Source: Mobula hypostoma (Eukaryota). From it: a stretch of DNA of 64,000 nt. The translations under genes were made by a program, and so were the position numbers. The notes under the pieces are model-generated. The model saw only the letters and a program-made list of their open reading frames with translations, did no database searches and was not told where the DNA came from. This document shows positions 38,001-47,299 of the stretch, in pieces (positions within the stretch are counted from its first letter, which is position 1; the number at the start of each line of letters is the position of its first letter). The stretch lies in assembly GCF_963921235.1 (NCBI RefSeq), contig NC_086097.1, forward strand, positions 146,198,001 to 146,262,000, in the 5' to 3' direction.

Positions 38001-39794
38001 TCCTGTTCAAAAGAAAGCACAGCAAGCACTGAAATGTTTCAGGGAATGGTATCTGCTCCTCAAACCTTTGGTACCCAAAACAAACCAAATTCTACTCAAA
38101 TGGGCCTGCCGAACAACCCAGAAAAGAATCGGACAATGACCGAGGATAGATCTAATTTATCAAAGCAAGTTAAAACTGTGTCACCGACAACCTCTGCCAG
38201 GATCATTGCCCCACAGAGCTACCAACAAGCACAACTGAGTGCCGAGTCACATCACCGACAGCCAGTCAAAGCTTCGTTTGAACAATCAGAGTGTCAGACT
38301 GCCCAACGTCATGGGTGCTCCAACCAGCACCGGTTTAGTAACCAAGCACTAGCTGCAAATGACCAACAAGTGTTGTTGGACCAACAGCTGCAGCACAGCC
38401 CACGACCAGATGCAGTTGTCATGCGAGAGGGCCGACAACAATGTAAAGAGACAGAGGATGACCGCAGAAAAAGGTTATCTGTTCACAAGGAGGAGATAAT
38501 GAGAGGAAACGTGAAAGCAGCAATGGAGATCTTTGAAAACCTAAAGAAAAGAGAAGAATTGCAGAAGATATTGACCAGAGTTAAAGAATTTGAAGAGGAG
38601 ACTTTTAAAGTTGATGTGAAAGGTCTGAAGAGTTTATTTGAGAATGTGCCTGAGTGGGTGGTGCCTAAGAATAATGGGGTAAAGCAACTTAAAGCAGTTG
38701 ACAGCCGGAAGGATGAGATGCAGAATCAGCCCAGGATGGTCAAAGATGAAGCAGAAAGTTTGTCTTCAGTGGAACTTGTGTTTGAAGATCTTGAAAGGGC
38801 AAGTGCAGAGATAACGTATCTGAAGGAGCAGACATTGGCAAAGTTATTACATATTGAGGAGTCCATTAAGAAAGCCCTGTATTCAGTCTCCAACCTGAAA
38901 TCAGAGTCTGACATTGCAGGTCTCTCTGGTTTATTCGGAGAGTCACTGGGAGCTGCCACAAACTCCGCTACTCCTGGCAATATCAAGAAAATCAGTTTGG
39001 CCTCCAGCAAATCAAGCTCAGAGAACACCATGCAATTGAAAGAATATCATTCTCACAAAGAACAGTTAGAAAAGTCACTGGATCAAGCCAGGCCATCATT
39101 GGATATTCCACCTGTTTCCGCTCGTGTGGGCTCTCCATCATCTCCTTCCTACATTTCCATTGAATCAGCAGTTAGAAAACCTGCAGGTCCTTTGAAAACA
39201 AAATCATCTGCCTCACATCTTGACATTGAGTCCTTTTCACCCTCTCCTCAAAATCAAGCTGTCCCATCCTGTTCTGCAAAAGTGACAACCATTGATGATT
39301 GCAATGGTTTTTTTCTTTGCAATGGATACAAAAGTGCCAGCAAACAAACAGAGTTACCAAAACAACATTCGGTGCCAAGAAAGGAATTTGTGCAAAAAGA
39401 TACCAACAATGAGTTCATTCAAACAGGCCTAAAGGAAAGCAACATTGTTAAAGGGAGTGACAATGTGGCCAACTCACCTACAGGTTGCATCTCTCTGAGT
39501 GGATTTAAAACCAACGTTGTCGATAGAACTCAGAGCCCAGTGCCCCAGAGAAGCAAAAGTGTTGTGGAGTTCAAGACAGGCCCTGATGGAGGTGAAATAG
39601 TTGGTACAAAGACCATCATGGAAAAATATGAAGAAATTGATCGTTTTGGGAACAAAATTATCACGTCAAAAACCTCAACCACTGTCACAAAGCAGTCTGA
39701 GTCAACAACGTCATCCACATATGAAGTAGTTCAAGCACTACCTAGGTATGATGTTGTTGCTTCGCCCCTTCTTAATAGACATCTGCAGAGTTAG
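32049..39794 (+). CDS. XIRP1: Xin actin-binding repeat-containing protein 1 (2581 aa, single large exon)
   Basis: About 26-27 Xin repeats (GDV-x4-WLFETQPLD); N-terminal EVH1-binding [34 protein letters not shown] matches the XIRP1-type N-terminus; proline-rich region; conserved C-terminal block [17 protein letters not shown]...[12 protein letters not shown]. Confidence 0.93.
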   Translation: [2581 protein letters not shown]

Positions 39795-40670
39795 ACAAGG
39801 GCTGATGAAGATTCACGATCTAACATCGAGGAAGATGGAGGCTTGTTTCTTTCTATTGAGAATCCCAGTTCAGCGAAGAGATTAAAGTGATGCTGCAATC
39901 CTTTAACATACAACTACCACCGATCTAAGAAACACAGATGGGGAGAATAAAACGCATATTGAAACTGATAAATGAACAAAGTATGCATATAGTATGCAGG
40001 GTCAGCTTCTATGGAGATAGGTTAACGTGCTCATCCTTGGGCTGCCAAAGCAGAATCATTGCTAACAAAGGATCTATACTGAATGTCAACTTTTTGCAAT
40101 TGTCAAATTGAAACAAAAACAGTATCAACGTTCTAGAAAGGTATAGAAAAATACATCATCTGACTGATTAATGTTTGAGAGCCAGAGAACTGAGATTTAT
40201 TGAAAAATTTCCTTGTCCTCAGAGACTAGATTTGATACTGTGCTGAAGTTAAAATCTGTGGCATGTACTTTTAACTTTAATAAATGGAGTAAAACTGATT
40301 ATTTTGAATTAGCCACACATTATATACATCATCACCAATTTTTCTTTCCTCTCCATGAGAAAATTGAATTTGGTGGAGCTCTGGTGGCCAATTCAATATC
40401 ATCCATTTTATAGCATTTGAAAAAGGTGGAATTACCACATATATGTGACATAACTAATATTTCCTGTTTTTATGAAGACATAATGTTGTGCTCTGAATTA
40501 GATTACAATTATCCATTACTGTTCAATTTTTCTACTTACTTTTTCTCTAGTTTCTTTTGTACTTTAGTTGTACATTCAATGTATCAGCTCCACCAGGAAT
40601 CCCAAAGTCTTTTTGCTTTCAAACTGTTCTTCTTCTTTCCTGTTCTATTTTTATTCCCATAATTTGCTTT

Positions 40671-40676
40671 AATAAA
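40671..40676 (+). terminator. Candidate XIRP1 polyadenylation signal
   Basis: AATAAA followed by U/GU-rich sequence; alternative AATAAA at 39946 and near 40279. Confidence 0.35.
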
Positions 40677-42529
40677 CTTTTTAATATTTCTTCAGCTCTA
40701 TCTTGTTTTGGATATAATCTGTTTAAGGAATTTGTAGTTATTTGGGCTCTAATTTTAATGAGGCATTTTACATTGTTGTGTTGATCTGTAAAAATGAATT
40801 AATGGGATTGTAAATATTGAGAAACCAATTCTTCAGTAATAATCATCAAACAATGGAGGAACAATACTTGACCCCAGTGAGCACTCTAGGAGGGCAAGAA
40901 AATCAGCAAGGTTTCACTCTTCTTGCTATTCAGTGTCCCATTCTATATATAATACACAGGAACCCTCCATATCTACATTCAACTTCTATGCCTATGCTTC
41001 TATGTGAAAATTGGGACTTGATTTGAGGGTAAGATGATACAGCAGCAGAGGGGTTTAGTTTACTGTTAGAGAATACTATTTTCCATAATTGCACATGGAA
41101 CAAAACAATTGGTTAGTGTAATTTCTGTCTGTGAGTCAAAAGGTAGAGGGTTCAAAATATGTCCCAGAAAGCTTGGGGAATGGATATCAAAATTCTCCTG
41201 CTTAAATTTGAAATAGTAACCCACAACGATACATGCATTTGATGGGCTATGTGTTTTATGGGACTGTGGGATCTCATAAATTCTTCTGCCTTGAAGTACT
41301 ACTGTCCTAGCAGATGTGGAAAAAGGTGGTTATAGACACGTTTGAGAGATCTTTCCAGAAGTTCAAGCAAAAGCTAGTGGTACTTAAATTTAAATAGCAG
41401 CATTCTTTCACTCTTCTGAAGCTATAGTAGGTCATTGGGTATAGAGTGCCGTGCTGCATCATTACCTCGATCTTTAGTATATTGGAGTTAAACTCAACAC
41501 ACAGCTAAAGAGTTATGAAACTTCGTTCTTTGGATCACGAATCAATGCTAAATATATATTCAATTCTTTGAAATCCTCAACATATACACAATGCAATACC
41601 ACCTATTGTTTCTTCATTAAAAATGAATGAACATCTTTCTCAATATAATGGCCTGCATTTCCATGATCTGCAATACTTTGCAATTGAACCATTAATTGGA
41701 ACTCTAGCCTTTATTTTTCATACCATGTTATGCAACATTTTATGAAATAACCATTGAAAGTCGAAAAGCATCACCAACTGCACTATATTTATCAGCCACC
41801 TATCATTTCAAAAGGCATTTGTAAAGTGTTTCCTGAAAAAAAAAACCTAATTTTTATTTGAGTGAATTAATGCGTAATGTGAAAGTACTTTTCTTCTTCA
41901 AAGCAGTAAGGCTGTTAAACATGAAAGTCAGATGTCATACATTTATTGACTATCTATTACATGCAATGCAATTTAAACAAGAACATAAAGAGCCGTACTT
42001 AACAATAGAATCAGATAGATTGACGGGGGATTCAGTATTACAGTACTGAATTCAGTATCTTGGCCATGAAGTAACCTTCACAATTTGTATGTTTTTATAC
42101 ACTTATCTTATTTCTTCCATATGACAAGCCATATAAACCTGCATTAATTATGCAACCATTAAAATATAACTTCTGTTTACTTGAAACTGATGATAATACT
42201 TTCTATTTCCATGTTTACCAAGCTAATGGGATTTAAGTTATCTATAGTTTCACTCATTCTATATAATTTATATCATGCCAAATGAAACATAACTCTGTTC
42301 CTGTGTTTTATGTACAAGTACAAAAGAATAATGTCTCATGTTTCTTTGTAAAACTTACTGTGTGCCAAAAGTCCCATGTATCCTAATTTCCTCAGTTTCA
42401 TATTCCTGAATTTCAACTCACTTTCTTAAGACTTCTGGTCAAAAACTACTCTACCTCGGGCAACATGTTCCAGATAATCCACAAGACTCTTTGTTAAACT
42501 TCTATTATGTCTTCTTTTTCTTTTATTTT

Positions 42530-43165
42530 CATTTTTAAATCTTTTTATTAATTATTATTGAAAATCAACAACAAAAAAACATTAAAATAATCAAGTCAAT
42601 ATCTCAATATGTATAATAAGAGTCAAACTATTAACCAAGCTAAACAGTATATCAAGAATAATAATAAAAAAAAACAAAATGTTAAAGCTATTTTTTTTGA
42701 AAAAAGAAAGGAGAAAAAAAGAAACCCTACTAAGGAAAACAAAATAAAAACCCAGCTAACAAAAAAAAAAGAAAAAAAAACCATTTGGAGCACAAACATG
42801 GAGCTATACGCCATACAAACTTCTATAAAAGAAAAAGACATCAATCCGCCAACCAAATCCATTTACCCAAGAATCAGAAGGGGACCAGCTTACTTAACTC
42901 AAATCAAACGATAGTAGCAGGCAAAAGAACCCCTCCTTTTCTCAAAGTCAGATCAAGGATCAAAAGTTCAACTTCGGATTTTTTCCAAACTATGACATAG
43001 CATCATCTGAGAGAACCATTGTATCAAAGTGGGAGCAGAAGCATCTTTCCATTTTCATAAAATAGCCCTTCTAGCCAGTAATGTAACAAATGCAATTACA
43101 TGTTGGGCTGATATAGAAATACCATGAATATATTGAGGAATTATACCGAACAAAACTGTTAGGTT
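42530..43165 (-). mobile_element. LINE-1 (fish-type) 3' end
   Basis: - strand translation VIAFVTLLARRAIL*KWKDASAPTLIQWFSQMMLCHSLEKIRS is typical of the L1 ORF2 C-terminus; T-rich 3' UTR and A-rich tail. Confidence 0.75.
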
Positions 43166-43249
43166 ATAAATTAATTTTTAAAGCTTTAGAAATTGTAGAA
43201 AAAATAGATTTCCAAAACTGTTTCTTCTTTTAATTGTGTTCCTGGTCCT

Positions 43250-43866
43250 GTTGGAGCCTGTGATCTGCGGTTTTCAGGCCAATTGAGTGATCTGACACTT
43301 TGCTGTCTCTGAGAAGGTTCCAGGAGGTGAGCAACCTTGAGGCCAAAAAGCTTAGAGACCACGATCAACTCCATTTCTCGCTGATTAAAGCACCAAGGAA
43401 GACTGAAACCGAGGTAAGTGCAGAAGGTAATAACGGAAGACAAGCGAGTATTCAGCACCACCAAACAGCCTCTCAGTCACTGCTGCCGGAAGGTGGTGTC
43501 TGCATGTGATGGTCGCTCTCTCTGTCCCTCTTGCTCGCTGCTCCTGAAGGAAGGCCCTGAGGTTGAATGGTCTCTCTCTCTCCCTCGATGCTGTTGATGG
43601 ATGGTATTGAAGTCCTGGGTCTGAGGTTTCTGAATTGGACTGTAGTTCAATAGGACTGTTTTGAATTTGTGTTTTTATATTCTGTGTTTTTCCTCGTTCT
43701 TTCTTGTTGCAGTTTACATAATTTGTTTTTTGTGCATGGGGGCGGTGGTGGTTGATGTTTTTATTTGAACAGGTTCCATGGTTTTCTTTGTTTCATTTTG
43801 TCTGGAGAAGATGAATCTCAGGGTTGTAAACTGCATACGTACTTTGATCATAAATGAACCTTGAAC
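43250..43866 (+). mobile_element. Non-autonomous retroelement remnant
   Basis: Ends gatgaatctcagggttg...taaatgaaccttgaac, the same tail family as 245-320. Confidence 0.45.
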
Positions 43867-43915
43867 AGAAGTAAATTATGTGACTGCTGCAACTTAACAA
43901 AATCAAGGTTAATCT

Positions 43916-44009
43916 GAAGAAGGGTCTCAGCGCAAAACATCGACCGTTTGTTCATTTCCATGTATGCTGCCTGACCTGCTGAGCTCCTCCAGTATTTTGT
44001 GTTTCTTGC
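43916..44009 (+). repeat. Solo Penelope pLTR unit with 13-bp flanking direct repeat
   Basis: TCAAGGTTAATCT at 43903-43915 and 44010-44022 flanks gaagaagggtctcagcgcaaaacatcgac...gctgcctgacctgctgagc. Confidence 0.75.
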
Positions 44010-44854
44010 TCAAGGTTAATCTTATACTTCAACTCTACCTTCTCTCTGGAATTTCATAAATCGAATGATCTCAGTAATAAATAAATTTGATATCTGAGCT
44101 TTTTCGCCCCTTCTGATATTGAAAGCACAAGTTGCCACCCTTCTTTTGAAAGAATAACTCACCAGTCTTAAATATCCTGAGATGGTGTCGCCAGTTTATG
44201 GACTCATTAGCTAAAGTAAACACTCTGGGCAACCATGTTGTCAAACCTTTTTGAGATATTATATTCTTCTGTGAGATTAAAGTTCATTTTGCTAAAACCT
44301 AAAGAAATGTAATTCTATTCCTGTCTTTCCTTATAAGAACACCTTTCTGTAATGGTATGAAGTACTGAAGACAAAATCTCACCAAAATACTGCACAATTA
44401 TAGCAAAAGATCTTTGTTTCTTTGTCAATCTTGTTTGCTGTAAAGATCAGCAAGTAATTAATTCAGCAAATAGCATGCTGTACTTGAATTCTTACTTATA
44501 GTTCATGTACATGGAGATCCAAATCCCTAAACAATGACATTTAATAGTTGCATTGTTTCATAATCCTGTTTTCTTTCTTTCCACTGGCACAAATAGCCTC
44601 GTACTTACTTTCATTACACAGTACATGCTACTTCCTTGCCTACTCAGGCCATATCGCAAGGTCAATTATTACCACCTGTCAGCTTACTTTCCCATTTAAC
44701 TTTTTTTTTCCCCGAAATGGATGGGCTGGAAGACTGCCACTTTCTGGGCTGCAACAAGTATGAAAACACACCTGCAAAACTATGAGAAGTAAATTTGATG
44801 GGTATGGAACAGTAAGTGACAGCTTTGTACATCAGCATATTTTCCAGTCCTTCA

Positions 44855-45034
44855 TCATCATCATCATCAGGTGCCATGCCATAGGCAAGGTTTCTGAGCC
44901 TGAGAAGCAAATCTGGCAGGGCAAAGCTCAGCATTAGATGGCCTTCTTCAGAAATCATCAGGAGATTACTAAACACCCCACCCCCTCTACTACAGCAGGT
45001 CAGACAAGAGGAATATGCTGCCCCTCAAATCTGC
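44855..45034. repeat. TSD-flanked insertion: (TCA)n tail + copy of 46502-46645
   Basis: TCCAGTCCTTCA at 44843-44854 and 45035-45046; 44891-45032 is a near-identical copy of 46502-46645. Confidence 0.85.
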
Positions 45035-45189
45035 TCCAGTCCTTCACCAAGCTGAAAAGGTGATCCTTCCTCATGGGGTTATCTTGAGTCAAGGATCACT
45101 TTATGAGATGTGGAAAGCAGTCACATTCTTCGGTAGTTTGAAGGGTAGTGGTCACTCAGTGTATGCTTTTGACAAAGGTCTTGTATTAG

Positions 45190-45309
45190 TTCCAGTCTCC
45201 AAGTAGGGAATTCTGTGCTGCACGTCAAGATCCAGTTTATCACATGGAATGCATGGCCACAGACAAACCTTTCTTGCTTCTGCTGCAAGCACTGTGGGCT
45301 CAAGTTGAG
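45190..45309 (+). pseudogene. Degenerate LIM-domain exon, first half (XIRP1 LIM-type isoform)
   Basis: After acceptor tattag: FQSPSREFCAARQDPVYHMECMATDK / frameshift / SCFCCKHCGLKL(S); phase-2 donor AG|GCAAGT. Confidence 0.8.
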
Positions 45310-46169
45310 GCAAGTGCTTTTAAAAGTAGCATTGATTTTACCATTAACCTCCAATATTACTTCATTTATCTAATTTCAAATCTTTCCAATAGAAATACCT
45401 TGATTTTAATATAAATTTCATAAGCTCCCCATTTCTAACCCTGTAGGATCACAAGAAAATATCTGATTGTGTGCTAAATATTTCTTAAAGCAATAACGTC
45501 CTTTTGAAAGGACTTGTGAAAGTGTCACAAATCCAATGATACATCACCTAATTGGCTAGAAAAACTCAGAGGGTGGAGCAGCATTCCAGCAGATTGTGTT
45601 GTTCCAGATTCCTACACCTGCAGTTTCTCTATGTCTCCATTGATGGAACATATGGCACACACATATTATCTAACAGTCAATGGCACACAGGTAGTAAAAT
45701 GGTAGTTTTCCATTTAAATAAAAAGATGATAAATTCTTTCTCATGCCCCTGCCCTGCACAATGACTAGTGGCTATTTCTTCCTTGTCCACTGCATGTGGA
45801 TGCCAATGACAAGTCCTCTATAACTGCTGCCACCTCCACCAACTATCTGCAGAAACCTAATGTCTTCTTTACATATCTCAAATTCAGTCATATTAGATGT
45901 TCCAGCTCTATTTTAATCTTAGTAGGAACAGTTCAGTCAGCTGCCAGTTTTTTACTTAGGCCAATTTTAATCCCCACTGAAGGTGATGAAGAATAAAATT
46001 TGATTACATGTTATTTGAGCTTCCAGCTAGAATTATCCTTAAACCACAACAGGCCAGGATAGAACCAATAGCTCTGACTCCCAAAGTTAAATTTAATGAG
46101 CTTTTATTTAATTAACACAACAGCACCTAACACTTTACTTTCTTTGTTGTAATGTAGGATGTTTTTCTA

Positions 46170-46242
46170 TTCCAACCTGGGGTCCATGGAGCCCTTGATT
46201 AATGGTAGGGGTCCATAGCATAAAAAAGGTTGGGAACCACTG
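46170..46242. mobile_element. Short hAT-like MITE
   Basis: Inverted termini ttccaacct ... aggttgggaa(ccactg); internal ggggtccat repeated twice; lies 8 nt before the LIM exon-2 start. Confidence 0.6.
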
Positions 46243-46250
46243 GTTTACAG

Positions 46251-46660
46251 CCTCCTTAATTTTGTGCCAGTACAGGATGAATTCTATTGCAGGGTTCACT
46301 ATGATAAACACAATTACACTGAAAACTTTGACCTTAATCTTTGTGAAGAACTTTTGCTATCAACAGATACTAATCTTTGAGATTGCAGCCAAGAAGAAAG
46401 TTATCTACAAACTGAGGTAAATGATAACTTAGAAACTGCAAAAGGGGAATTAGACCTTATGTCTAATGCCAAGCATGACAATTTGGAAGTTATGGGGAAA
46501 TTTTCTGAGCCTGAGAAGCAAATCTGGCACAGCAAAGCTCAGCATTAGATGGCCTTCTTCAGAAATCATCAGGAGATTACTAAACACCCCACCCCCCGTC
46601 CCCCACAGCAGCTCAGACAAGAGGAATCTGCCACCCCTCAAATCTTCTGATTCGGAATAA
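46251..46660 (+). pseudogene. Degenerate LIM-domain exon, second half + C-terminal tail
   Basis: After tttacag: (S)LLNFVPVQDEFYCRVHYDKHNYTENF..., TGA at 46378-46380, later (other frame) KLSIRWPS resembling the KLxIxWPP motif of LIMA1/XIRP2; AATAAA at 46903. Confidence 0.72.
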
Positions 46661-47299
46661 CTTCATTCATGTACAGAACTGCACAAATATTTAAATCAGT
46701 TCACTTGGGCAAGAGGAAAGAAGGAAGAACATCGACTCACAAAAAGAGACTGTTCAAACATACAAATATGAAATGCATTGCAGACAAACCATCTGGAGAT
46801 CAAAATGAAAACAAACATCCAAGACTTATGGAGCTAAAGGAGATGATTAAGTTGAATGATGCCACTGACCATATGATCACTAGTCTATAGTGAAATGCAC
46901 AAAATAAAGGTACAGTGGATTCCAGTTAATTGGGTCACTGGTTATTCAGGACAATTGCTTATTTGGTACAACTCCTAAAAAACAAAACAATTATCAAGAA
47001 AATATCTGGGATTCCTTTTGTTTATTTGGGACACTATGCCGCTTAATTGGGATAGATAACTGTCGTTGTACAGTTTCAAACTAGCATCATTCACATGCAC
47101 TTGTGTGGCCATTAGACACTACACTGTGCTTGGAGCAAACAGTTGTTAGGTAGTGTCAGTTGTGTAAACTTGTGTTAAGTTTTCCATTTAGGGTGATGGA
47201 CACTGATTCCAAAAGCAGAGCTTTTTGATAATTTTGTTTTTTTATTTTGACTTTAACAAATTTTCAGACCCTTGAAAGCACATGAAAGGATTTGACACC

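Noticed and set aside
32924..39718. Short - strand and alternative-frame ORFs inside the XIRP1 exon
   Set aside because: Expected by-products of a long coding frame; no motifs
32049..39794. Assignment as XIRP2
   Set aside because: The N-terminus ([31 protein letters not shown]), C-terminal block, length and SLC22 neighbour fit XIRP1 better
42609..42914. Lys-rich (+) and Phe-rich (-) ORFs
   Set aside because: Translation of the low-complexity L1 3' UTR
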